Below, in pieces: positions 1-8,167 of a stretch of DNA of 32,000 nt. The notes beneath the pieces were generated by a model. It saw nothing but the letters and a program-made list of their open reading frames with translations, did no database searches and was not told the DNA's origin. Origin of the DNA: Candidatus Nanohalobium constans (GTDB taxonomy: Archaea > Nanohalarchaeota > Nanosalinia > Nanosalinales > Nanosalinaceae). The DNA is taken from assembly GCF_009617975.1 (NCBI RefSeq), contig NZ_CP040089.1, forward strand, positions 60,001 through 92,000, in the 5' to 3' direction. Both the position numbers and the translations under genes were made by a program. Each line of letters starts with the position of its first letter. Positions within the stretch are counted from its first letter, which is position 1.

Positions 1-843
1 GGTGGTGTAGACGGATTCCCCATCTGCATCAACGCAGACTCAGCAGAAGACATAATAGAACATGTGGAGAGAGAAGCACCGACATTTGGCGCGGTAAACC
101 TGGAAGACATCAAAGCACCCAGATGCTTCAAAGCAGAAGAAGAGCTGAAAGAAAAACTGGATATTCCGGTATTCCATGATGATCAGCATGGAACAGCTAT
201 TGTAGTAGGGGCAGCTCTTAGAAACGCTCTAGAACTAGCTGACAAGGATTTAGAGGATTCTAGAATCGTTATCAGCGGTGCAGGGGCAGCAGGCATCGCA
301 GTAGCCAATTTTCTTCTAGAGTCGGGAGCTGAAAACATTGTGCCGGCTGACTCATCAGGAATACTTAGAACAGAGGATGAAAACAGCTATAAGGCAGATC
401 TCGCTGAAAGAACACTGGCTTCGGAAGAGGAAGGAGACTTAGAGGATGCAATGGAGAATGCGGATGTATTCATAGGGCTTTCAGCTCCAGGAATAGTCTC
501 TCAAGAAATGGTTGGGTCAATGGCGCAGAAACCAATTGTGTTTGCGTTAGCTAATCCGGATCCTGAAATATATCCTGATGAAGCCAAGGAAGCAGGGGCT
601 TTCATCACAGCTACCGGTAGATCAGACTTTGACAACCAAGTTAATAACTCTCTGGCATTTCCAGGTGTTTTCAGAGGTGCACTCGATGCTCGTACATCGG
701 AAATAACTGAGGATATGAAGATAGCTGCATCAAATGTTATCAAGGAATTTATTGACCCTGAGAAGGATAAGATTGTGCCTGAGACATTGGATAAGGAACT
801 GGCTATGGAAATTGCTGACAAGGTTAGGGAGGAAGCTGACTAA
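1..843 (+). CDS. NAD(P)-dependent malic enzyme, C-terminal part (5' end lies outside the window)
   Basis: Frame 1 is open from base 1 (GGVDGFPICINAD... precedes the listed GTG at 64). Rossmann motif ISGAGAAGIAVANFL. FALANPDPEI and ATGRSDFDNQVNNSLAFPG are typical of the malic enzyme NAD-binding half. Confidence 0.9.
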   Translation, partial: GGVDGFPICINADSAEDIIEHVEREAPTFGAVNLEDIKAPRCFKAEEELKEKLDIPVFHDDQHGTAIVVGAALRNALELADKDLEDSRIVISGAGAAGIAVANFLLESGAENIVPADSSGILRTEDENSYKADLAERTLASEEEGDLEDAMENADVFIGLSAPGIVSQEMVGSMAQKPIVFALANPDPEIYPDEAKEAGAFITATGRSDFDNQVNNSLAFPGVFRGALDARTSEITEDMKIAASNVIKEFIDPEKDKIVPETLDKELAMEIADKVREEAD

Positions 844-1168
844 CTTTATACCTCCATTCCCCCTCTTCGGCACCTTTATTATGTGCACATGCAGCTCTAG
901 AGGAGGTAACTATGTCGCTGCCGCCGTCGTAGTCTATCTGTATCTCCCATCGACCTAAAGGCTTTTCCACATAAACTATTTCTTCTACATCGTAACTTTC
1001 CAAATTTTTGGAAATGTAATCACGATCTATGTTTACTTCGGTAACATCTCCCCGAATTGAGAAACAATCCACATTTTTACTTTGCAGAACTTCTTCTAGA
1101 CGTTCTAACCCTTCAAGCTCTTCCCTATCATAAAACAAGGCTTCCAACCGGCTCCAGACTGAGTCCAT
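824..1168 (-). CDS. hypothetical acidic protein (114 aa)
   Basis: ORF with acidic composition like its neighbours. A TATA-like ATTTTAGAG is centred about 25 nt upstream of the ATG. The 3' end overlaps the malic enzyme stop by 20 nt (convergent). No recognisable domain. Confidence 0.5.
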   Translation of the reverse strand: MDSVWSRLEALFYDREELEGLERLEEVLQSKNVDCFSIRGDVTEVNIDRDYISKNLESYDVEEIVYVEKPLGRWEIQIDYDGGSDIVTSSRAACAHNKGAEEGEWRYKVSQLPP

Positions 1169-1255
1169 AACTCTAAATACGGAAAAACTCTAAAATCATT
1201 TGCCTATCTATTCAGTTATCCAACTATTTTTAGCTTTCTATCATAAACTCTCTTC

Positions 1256-2140
1256 ATGGAAGACAAAGTAAAACAAAAATACGTCAACGCAGGTAAAGTC
1301 ATACAGAAGGCTCGAAGGCACGCCAGAGATATAGCCGAGCCAGGAACTAACTATGAAACAATTGCTGAAGAAATTGAAGGACTGATTAGGGATGAAGGTC
1401 TAGAACCAGCTTTCCCCGTCAATCTCTCAACTAACGATCGGGCGGCTCATTACTCACCCGAAACTTCTGAAGAAAGAGTTTTGAAGGAGTCTGATGTCCT
1501 TAAGATTGATATAGGAGCTCACTGTGAGGGATACATCGCAGATACTGCTTTGACAGTCAATACTTCTGGAGAATATGACGAGATGATTCAAACAAATAGG
1601 GAGGTTCTTCAGGCAGCTTTAGACTTCCTAGAACCAGGAGTAACGGTTGGAGAGCTTGGAACTCACATCCATAACCAGGTGCCTGATGAATACAGCGTTG
1701 TCAGGAACTTGACAGGTCACTCTTTAGATAAGTTTACTCAGCACGCTGGTCTTTCCATCCCTAACATCAGGAATTCGGATGAAACAGTTTTTGAAGAAGG
1801 TGATGCTGTTGCTATCGAGCCTTTCCTAACCAAAGGCAGTGGTAAGATAAAGGAAGGTAAGAAAGGAAATATTTACCTTCATCAGGGTGGTAATGTCCGT
1901 GGTAGGACTGAGAGACAGTTGTTGAAGAAGATAAAGAATTTTAATGGGTTGCCGTTCAGTTCTCGCTGGCTTGATATGAGCGGTAGAGAGAAGATGGCTT
2001 TGAAGAAACTGGTCCAGAGCGGCGCTGTCAAACACTATCCGGTCCTGAGAGAGGTAGATAAGGGAGTGGTAACTCAGGCTGAGCATACAGTTCTTGTTGG
2101 TGCTGATGACGGGGAAAATATTGTTACGACGAGGGAATAG
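1256..2140 (+). CDS. map: methionine aminopeptidase, type 2 (archaeal/eukaryotic class)
   Basis: Metal-ligand motifs are in the canonical order: LKIDIGAHCEGYIADTA (D, D), NLTGHS (H), AIEPF (E), AEHTVLV (E). AFPVNLSTNDRAAHYSP matches archaeal MetAP. Confidence 0.93.
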   Translation: MEDKVKQKYVNAGKVIQKARRHARDIAEPGTNYETIAEEIEGLIRDEGLEPAFPVNLSTNDRAAHYSPETSEERVLKESDVLKIDIGAHCEGYIADTALTVNTSGEYDEMIQTNREVLQAALDFLEPGVTVGELGTHIHNQVPDEYSVVRNLTGHSLDKFTQHAGLSIPNIRNSDETVFEEGDAVAIEPFLTKGSGKIKEGKKGNIYLHQGGNVRGRTERQLLKKIKNFNGLPFSSRWLDMSGREKMALKKLVQSGAVKHYPVLREVDKGVVTQAEHTVLVGADDGENIVTTRE

Positions 2141-2627
2141 AACAGGTTTTAGGGTTTCCTAAGCTGCTCAATGCGTAGAGCATTAATATTATTCCGCCAA
2201 CTTTGATTCCTAGTCCGTTAAAAGGTAGTGCTGCGGTAGCTGCTCCAAGCCCTATTATGCTGGCAAATCCTACGCCGCAAGAAGCGCAGCCGGCTGCTAA
2301 AAATCCGGGCAGTATGCTCAAACTCTCTTTTCTAACTCCTACATTTCTAAACTGGATCATGGTGTTTGTCAATGTTATTCCACCCAAAAATGCGTATATG
2401 ATGGTTATTGGAAAGTTTAGTATTCCTTTCATCTTTATGCTGGCATATGAGTTAAGTAAGGCGTCTAGAACTCTTCCTTGCCGCAATGTCTCTAAGTGCC
2501 AGTAGACATCGGTGCTGATCAGCATCAGTCCTAGAAAAGAAAGAGTAAATAAGAGGGAAATAAGAGCAGTCCTCCAAGTATCAACGGAAGACTTTACTGC
2601 AATAACTATCTGATCTAGGCGACCCAT
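2124..2627 (-). CDS. about 4-TM membrane protein with an intramembrane CxxC (GCASCG) and one C-terminal Cys
   Basis: Four hydrophobic segments. The only cysteines are C-A-S-C inside predicted TM3 and one in the tail (KTCSIPSS). The start overlaps the stop of the upstream DsbA-like gene by 13 nt (ATGGGTCGCCTAG). Confidence 0.7.
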   Translation of the reverse strand: MGRLDQIVIAVKSSVDTWRTALISLLFTLSFLGLMLISTDVYWHLETLRQGRVLDALLNSYASIKMKGILNFPITIIYAFLGGITLTNTMIQFRNVGVRKESLSILPGFLAAGCASCGVGFASIIGLGAATAALPFNGLGIKVGGIILMLYALSSLGNPKTCSIPSS

Positions 2628-3547
2628 GAATCTCTGAATTCGTACAGCTTATCGTGGAATTTCCAGTAAAGTTCATCTCCCTGCTCCTGAACGCAGTTGG
2701 CAGCCTGATGAGCAGTACCAGAGTTTCTGTGAGCAGGATAATCCTTGTAAATGAACTCTACCTCTCCCGTACTCACATAGTTCTCCTTAAGCTGGCTCCA
2801 AGAGTTCCTCTTATCTATATCTCTTGAAGGAATGGCATCAAAGCCAGCCCACTCCGCACACCATGGGCATGCAAAGTCTGAAACCTCTATAACTCTGATA
2901 GAGGCATCGCTTTCACCTTTAGAAGGCTCATCATCTAGACTCATGTTTTCCAAGCTGTATTCGTCGCTTTCAACCGTATCGCTGGAAGATTCTGCCTCGG
3001 AAAGCTGCTCCTCGATTACAGGCTGCATGCTGGAGAAAGGCTGTGCGCCTTCAAGCTTCTCAAAACCTGTCTCCGAGTTACCAATTAGGAATGTAGGGGT
3101 GCCAACTCTGCCTAGCGCGCTGCTAGCCTCATTTCTATCCTCTACAGCCTCAGATCCATCTGCTGAGTTCATACAGCTTGCGAACTCCGACTTGTCCGCA
3201 CCAACTTTACCAGCTATCTCCTCCATAACTTCGCCAGGACTCCCAGAAATCTGGGTCGGAGACTGTTCGCCCTCAGAATCATCTGATGTAGTGTCCAAAG
3301 AACCTGTAACCTGGTTAAAACTGATGCCAACAGCAAAACCTAGTGCCAGTCCAACGACAAGCGCACCGATTCCAAACTGGCTTGTTGTTAAAGTAATTCC
3401 GTTTCCAGTATGGTTGTCTTCTTCAGCATCTCTGGAACCTCCGTTTTCAGTATTTTTTTCGTCTTCTTCGTGTGTCTGGCTTTGGTGAATGTGAAGTCCT
3501 CTTTCGGTATCAAACTCTTCTCCACATTCGTCGCATTCATAACTCAT
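2615..3547 (-). CDS. membrane-anchored DsbA-like thiol:disulfide oxidoreductase with an N-terminal C2H2 zinc finger; thioredoxin-fold halves in swapped order
   Basis: C2H2 spacing in CDECGEEFDTERGLHIHQSQTH (C-x2-C-x12-H-x4-H). One TM helix (FGIGALVVGLALGFAVGISF). A DsbA C-terminal-type segment (VGTPTFLIGN, cis-Pro loop) precedes a DsbA N-terminal-type segment (VSDFACPWCAEW ... YKDYPAH ... LYWKFHDKLY). Confidence 0.8.
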   Translation of the reverse strand: MSYECDECGEEFDTERGLHIHQSQTHEEDEKNTENGGSRDAEEDNHTGNGITLTTSQFGIGALVVGLALGFAVGISFNQVTGSLDTTSDDSEGEQSPTQISGSPGEVMEEIAGKVGADKSEFASCMNSADGSEAVEDRNEASSALGRVGTPTFLIGNSETGFEKLEGAQPFSSMQPVIEEQLSEAESSSDTVESDEYSLENMSLDDEPSKGESDASIRVIEVSDFACPWCAEWAGFDAIPSRDIDKRNSWSQLKENYVSTGEVEFIYKDYPAHRNSGTAHQAANCVQEQGDELYWKFHDKLYEFRDSWVA

Positions 3548-3582
3548 ATATGGTACAGAATAGGACAGTATTGAATAAAAGG

Positions 3583-3620
3583 AAAGGGGGTTATTCCCTC
3601 CGTCAGTTAAGAAAAAGAAT
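3583..3620 (-). terminator. candidate terminator downstream of cdc48 (oligo-T run followed by a weak hairpin)
   Basis: The minus strand reads TAA...CCATTCTTTTTCTTAACTGACGGAGGGAATAACCCCCTTTCC. It has a T5 run (A-run 3612-3616 on plus) and a short imperfect hairpin. Confidence 0.3.
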
Positions 3621-3636
3621 GGACTTAGAAGATGCT

Positions 3637-5904
3637 TTAGGCGTAATAATCAGGCTGGTCGTCTTCTTCCTGGTCGATGTTGTTCATCTTCTGCGCCATC
3701 TTCCTGTACATCTCCCGATTCTCATCTGTGGCGGTAGCTCGTACATCCTCCAAGGCGTCCTCAAAGTCTTCCATTGTTGCTTCTTCACTTTCTGGATCAC
3801 TTCTCAAAGCGTTCATGCCTGCTTCACGACATACAGATTCGATATCTGAACCAACATAGTTCTCTGTCTTCTCAGCAAGTTTATCGATGTCGACATCATC
3901 GTTCAGAGGCATGTCTTCCGTGTGTACTTCGAAAATTCTCTTTCTTGCATCCTCATCTGGTATCTCAACTTCGATGTTTCTATCGATTCTTCCAGGACGC
4001 ATAATTGCCGGATCAATCATATCAGGTCGGTTCGTTGCTGCTATAACTGTTACTCCTTTCAATGATTCGATTCCATCGAGCTCTGTGAGTAGCTGGTTTA
4101 CTACTCGGTCTCCTACCTGTGAGTCTCCGCTGCTGCCGCCTCTACGCGGTGCTATCGAGTCAATCTCGTCGATGAATAGTACGCATGGTGCGACCTGCCT
4201 TGCTTTCTTGAAGATTTCTCTGACGGATTCTTCTGATTCTCCTACGTACTTCGAGAAGACTTCGGGTCCTTTGATGGAGATGAAGTTTGCGTTGGCTTCG
4301 TTTGCTACTGCTTTGGCGAGCAGAGTCTTTCCTGTTCCTGGCATTCCATACATTAGGATGCCTTTTGGTACTTCGATTCCCATGTTTTCGAATCTTTCTG
4401 GGTACTTCTGCGGCCATTCAACCATTTCCTGAAGTCTTTCTTTGGTGTCGTTGAGCCCTCCGACGTCTTCCCAGGTGACCTGTGGTACTTCAACCATTAC
4501 TTCACGCATCTGGCTTGGCTCGACATTTCTCAAGCCGTCCAGCATCGCATCTTCGTCAACTACCAGCTTCTCCAGTACTTCGCTTGGTATTTCTTCGTCC
4601 ATGTCTATTTCAGGCAATACATTTCTTAAGGTGGACATAGCTGCTTCCTTACACAGCGCTTCCAGGTCTGCCCCCACATATCCGTGTGTCAGGTCTGCTA
4701 TCTCATCTAAATCCACATCGTCTGCAAGAGGCATGTTTCTGGTGTGGATCTGGAGCACTTCTTTTCTTCCTTCTCTATTTGGTACTCCGATCTCGATTTC
4801 TCTGTCGAATCTTCCGCCACGCCGCAGTGCTGGGTCGATTGCTTCTGCACGGTTTGTTGCAGCTATGACGATGACGTTCTCTCTTGATTCTAAGCCATCC
4901 ATTTCTGATAGTAGTGTGGCGACTACTCTTCTCTCGACTTCTCCGCCTGCGTCACCTCTTTTTGGTGCGATTGCGTCGATTTCATCGATGAATATAATCG
5001 ATGGTTCGCCTTCCCGTGCTTCTTCGAACTTTTCACGGAGTTGTTTCTCACTTTCTCCGTAGTACTTGGACATTATCTCCGGTCCGTCGATCGATAGGAA
5101 GTTTGCATCTGCCTCGTTCGCAACTGCTTTAGCTAGGAGCGTTTTACCTGTTCCTGGCGGTCCTTGGAGGAGTACTCCTGATGGTGCGTCTATTCCGAGT
5201 TGTTGGAAGACTTCAGGATGTTTTAGAGGTAGTTCGATCATTTCTCTGACTTTTTGTACTTCTGATTCCAGTCCTCCGATGTCTTCGTAGGTGACCTCCG
5301 GTACTCTGACCTTTTGTTCGGTTTCCTTGACGGCTTGTTCTTTCATCTTGATTTCTGTGTTCTCTGTTATTTTGACCGGTCCTCTTGGCTTGGTCTTGAC
5401 GACTCTTAGTTTGAGTTCTGAGAAGTTGAATCTCATGTTGTCTGTCATGCCTTCAAACATGTCGTCGAAAAGTCCTCTTGGACGGTCCTGGGCATCGGGG
5501 ACTATTATGTCTCCTCTGATTACTGGGCGTCCGTTTAATCCTCTTTTCAGCATGTTTGGGTCGCTTACTTGCATTACTACTCCTTCTTCTGCAGGTGCAA
5601 GTGTTATCTGGTCTGCTTCTTCGAGTTCTGCTGGTTCTACTTCTACATGTTCCCCCAGTGAGGTTCCGGCGTTTTTCCTTGTGTAGCCGTCCATTCGTGC
5701 TATTCCGAGTCCTTTGTCCGCAGGGTAGCTTCTTGCTGCTCTTCCTACGGTTTCCCGGTTTCCTTCTATCAGTACTGCGTCTCCTTCCCGTACTCCTAGT
5801 TCTTCCATGATTTTGCTGTCTATACGAACGATGCCTTTGCCGACATCCTGTTGTGCGTTCGGAGGAACTTCTCCTACACGCAGTTTTACGCTATCTTCTC
5901 CCAT
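3637..5904 (-). CDS. cdc48: CDC48/VCP-type AAA+ ATPase
   Basis: N-terminal CDC48_N-like domain ([21 protein letters not shown]). Two AAA+ modules with Walker A GPPGTGKT / GMPGTGKT and Walker B IIFIDEID / VLFIDEID. The C-terminus ...PDYYA is HbYX-like. Confidence 0.96.
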   Translation of the reverse strand: MGEDSVKLRVGEVPPNAQQDVGKGIVRIDSKIMEELGVREGDAVLIEGNRETVGRAARSYPADKGLGIARMDGYTRKNAGTSLGEHVEVEPAELEEADQITLAPAEEGVVMQVSDPNMLKRGLNGRPVIRGDIIVPDAQDRPRGLFDDMFEGMTDNMRFNFSELKLRVVKTKPRGPVKITENTEIKMKEQAVKETEQKVRVPEVTYEDIGGLESEVQKVREMIELPLKHPEVFQQLGIDAPSGVLLQGPPGTGKTLLAKAVANEADANFLSIDGPEIMSKYYGESEKQLREKFEEAREGEPSIIFIDEIDAIAPKRGDAGGEVERRVVATLLSEMDGLESRENVIVIAATNRAEAIDPALRRGGRFDREIEIGVPNREGRKEVLQIHTRNMPLADDVDLDEIADLTHGYVGADLEALCKEAAMSTLRNVLPEIDMDEEIPSEVLEKLVVDEDAMLDGLRNVEPSQMREVMVEVPQVTWEDVGGLNDTKERLQEMVEWPQKYPERFENMGIEVPKGILMYGMPGTGKTLLAKAVANEANANFISIKGPEVFSKYVGESEESVREIFKKARQVAPCVLFIDEIDSIAPRRGGSSGDSQVGDRVVNQLLTELDGIESLKGVTVIAATNRPDMIDPAIMRPGRIDRNIEVEIPDEDARKRIFEVHTEDMPLNDDVDIDKLAEKTENYVGSDIESVCREAGMNALRSDPESEEATMEDFEDALEDVRATATDENREMYRKMAQKMNNIDQEEDDQPDYYA

Positions 5905-5928
5905 TTTTGTGTTTTCACCATTGTAGCA

Positions 5929-6276
5929 TTATTTTTCCAGTTCTCCGTTGTTATCATCGTTTCTAATCTTTTCCAGGATTTCCTTGTCGTCTATCATCAC
6001 TGTAAATATGTGGTACGAAATCTTTGGCTCCCACTCTGTGAAGTATTCCCTCGCCTTATCCGTTTGCTTCTTGGCGATTATGAATACTGAGTCATCTATA
6101 CGGATGTTAGGAATCTCGTCCATTAAACCATCTTTGTCATACTCGTAAGTCTTCCCATTCTTCTTCACAGTCTGCTTATACCCAAAAAGCCCTCTATAGA
6201 ACTTGTTCCTCTCATAAACCGAATCAAAATTCTTCTTCTCAGTAGAATAAGTCAAGAGCGAAGCAGGTTCAGACAT
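5929..6276 (-). CDS. hypothetical small Lys-rich protein (115 aa from the second ATG; 130 aa if started at 6321)
   Basis: ORF directly upstream of cdc48 on the same strand. A TTTTTAAG TATA-like box about 32 nt upstream of ATG 6276 lies inside the longer ORF and favours the shorter start. Composition is less acidic and GC is lower (about 38% on one sampled line). Confidence 0.55.
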   Translation of the reverse strand: MSEPASLLTYSTEKKNFDSVYERNKFYRGLFGYKQTVKKNGKTYEYDKDGLMDEIPNIRIDDSVFIIAKKQTDKAREYFTEWEPKISYHIFTVMIDDKEILEKIRNDDNNGELEK

Positions 6277-6390
6277 TGCATAACAACAATAAACAGGAAT
6301 ACTTAAAAAGTTTTTATGCATGTCAACAAAAAAGTTTCCTAGAATTGTTTTTCACTCAGTGATAAAAGATTTCCACAGCAAATCCAGAAT

Positions 6391-7089
6391 GTGAAGCCGA
6401 ATATAGAGAGAGTCTCCACAGGCTGCGAAAGCATCGACCAACTGTTGAACGGAGGGTTGGAGAAAGGCATCGTCAACAATGTCTACGGCGAATCCGGCTC
6501 AGGAAAGACAAACCTCTGTATTCAGGTAGCGGCCCAGGTAGCTGAGAAAGGAGAGAAAGTAGCATACATCGACACAGAAGCAGGCTTCTCCTCGGAAAGA
6601 TTCCTGCAGATTTCTGACGAAGAAGCACTGGAAAATATACTGATCAAAGCACCAACAACCTTCGAAAAACAGGAAGCAGCAATCGAAACACTGGAAGAGA
6701 CAGTCAAAGACCAAGAAATCAAACTAATAATCGTTGATTCAGCGGTCTCACTCTACAGATTGAAGGTAAACGGGGACAATGCTTCAGAGATAAACAACCA
6801 GCTCTCGGGCCAGCTCTCAGAACTTACTAAGATCGCCCGAGAACAGAATATTCCTGTGCTGATTACAAACCAGGTCTATACAAGCTTTGACGATGGTGAC
6901 GAATTCGAACTAGTAGGAAGAGATGTGCCTAAGTACTGGAGTAAATGTCTTCTCAAGCTCTCTGACAAAGGTAAGAACCTGCGGCAGATGGAAATTTCCA
7001 AACACCGCTCGCTTCCAGAAGGAAAGAAGATTCAGTTTGAGATAACGGATAACGGTCTGGAAGAGACAAGTGAGAAAAGCCTCTTCTAG
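6391..7089 (+). CDS. radB: DNA repair and recombination protein RadB
   Basis: RecA-fold with Walker A GESGSGKT and Walker B-like LIIVDS. The size (232 aa) and the absence of an N-terminal HhH domain fit RadB rather than RadA. GTG start. Confidence 0.9.
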   Translation: MKPNIERVSTGCESIDQLLNGGLEKGIVNNVYGESGSGKTNLCIQVAAQVAEKGEKVAYIDTEAGFSSERFLQISDEEALENILIKAPTTFEKQEAAIETLEETVKDQEIKLIIVDSAVSLYRLKVNGDNASEINNQLSGQLSELTKIAREQNIPVLITNQVYTSFDDGDEFELVGRDVPKYWSKCLLKLSDKGKNLRQMEISKHRSLPEGKKIQFEITDNGLEETSEKSLF

Positions 7090-7096
7090 CAAACAA

Positions 7097-7105
7097 TTTA
7101 TAAAT
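7097..7105 (+). promoter_or_regulatory. TATA-like box TTTATAAAT
   Basis: Near-consensus archaeal TATA, with 22 nt between it and ATG 7128 (centre about -27). That ATG opens a 14-codon ORF, MKSASIIGGHVLQY. Confidence 0.35.
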
Positions 7106-7361
7106 CTAAACTCTAGAGATATAGATTATGAAGTCCGCATCAATTATTGGTGGACACGTTCTGCAGTACTAATTCAGTAGTCTCAACTATATCTAAAGTT
7201 TCAACACAGATTTCTCAACTTTCTCAATCATCCAGTTCAACATTCGATTCAGTCTCAGTATCTATCTCAATTATCCTACTGCTGATTCTGACACTGCTGC
7301 TGTAATAGGCGCAGTGTTCACTTCTCGTTTTCTTGAATTCTATTTCAAGGTGAACACATCA

Positions 7362-7442
7362 ATGCAACACAAATACAACACAACTAACGCAATAGATATG
7401 TACAAAACCGTAGACACAGCTGTAAAAGGAGGTGAAAGATGA
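7362..7442 (+). CDS. candidate 26-codon upstream ORF (MQHKYNTTNAIDMYKTVDTAVKGGER), translationally coupled to the 7439 gene
   Basis: AGGTGA lies 8 nt upstream of ATG 7362. Its TGA stop (7440-7442) overlaps ATG 7439 as ATGA. Its last codons contain the GGAGGTGA SD of the downstream gene. Confidence 0.3.
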   Translation: MQHKYNTTNAIDMYKTVDTAVKGGER

Positions 7443-8086
7443 TGGCGTCAGATCAATATCGGAGCAGAGATGAAGTAGATGAAAGAGTAAGGACTGGTGC
7501 TAGGGAATATGAGGCTATTCATGGTGAACGCCCGCCAACAAATCCGAATGAGGCAGTAAGCACTAAGAATTCGTCTCCTACAGAGCACCCGGTAGAATCC
7601 ATAATGGATGATGCAGAAATCGGAGTTGCTGCTCTTTTAGACTCAGAACCTGAGGATGAAAGAATAGTAGCTGACGGCGGTTTTGAGTATCAATTAGGTT
7701 ATGAATCGGCAGATGATGTAGAGCGCCTTCAACAAAAAGCTGCTAATTATGAAGACCTGGATGTCCAGGAACACGGAGATGGAGTTATAGTTAGAGGACC
7801 GCATTCTGAAGTCAGAGAGTTCAGATCTGAGTACCGACAGTCTTTCGGCGCCCTTGATCCAGATAAGAAGAGAGATATGAGAAGTAAAAAGGTGGCAGCA
7901 GATGGTTCGGGGCTAAGAACTACTATGAGGGATGTGGACCATGGAGGTTCTGAAGAGGTCCAGTCTGTAATGGAGAGAGGGTCGGATTATACTGCTCCCG
8001 ATGTAGTAGGTACTTCCATGGGCTCGTATGAAGATGAAGGAGAGGCAACTGAAGTTGTTGATCCAGAAGGAGTAATGGGAATGTAG
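7439..8086 (+). CDS. hypothetical acidic protein (215 aa)
   Basis: Strong SD: AAAGGAGGTGAAAGATG. Acidic composition like its neighbours. No domain recognised. Confidence 0.65.
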   Translation: MMASDQYRSRDEVDERVRTGAREYEAIHGERPPTNPNEAVSTKNSSPTEHPVESIMDDAEIGVAALLDSEPEDERIVADGGFEYQLGYESADDVERLQQKAANYEDLDVQEHGDGVIVRGPHSEVREFRSEYRQSFGALDPDKKRDMRSKKVAADGSGLRTTMRDVDHGGSEEVQSVMERGSDYTAPDVVGTSMGSYEDEGEATEVVDPEGVMGM

Positions 8087-8152
8087 AAAATCCGAAGGCA
8101 ATCGGGAGATCCTTTTTAAATTCTTCTTTCTTATTTTCAGTTATGAGTTCGG

Positions 8153-8167
8153 CAATGAAGGGTGGAC
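8153..8167 (+). promoter_or_regulatory. copy 3 of the recurrent motif (CAATGAAGGGTGGAC); opens the mini-ORF MKGGRFIVGSARLR (8155-8199)
   Basis: Matches the serS and tyrS upstream motifs in ATGAARGGTGGAY. It is co-oriented with the threonine dehydratase gene about 190 nt downstream. TTTTTAAATT (8113-8122) lies upstream. Confidence 0.4.

Noticed and set aside
2832-3488. 218-aa plus-strand ORF antisense to the DsbA-like gene
   Set aside because: It is a Ser-rich low-complexity mirror of the acidic linker regions. The minus-strand frame carries the recognisable CPWC and GTPTF motifs.
3583-3603. Hairpin loop sequence GGGTTATTCC shared with the 30195-30216 terminator hairpin
   Set aside because: Only about 10 nt are shared, and the stems differ. 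It is most simply explained as coincidence between two terminator-like hairpins.
3677-5810. Many plus-strand ORFs (for example 3887-4432, 4442-5062, 5291-5686) antisense to cdc48
   Set aside because: They are Ser/Leu/Phe-rich shadow frames of a well-supported acidic gene on the opposite strand. They have no start signals and no domain-like sequence.
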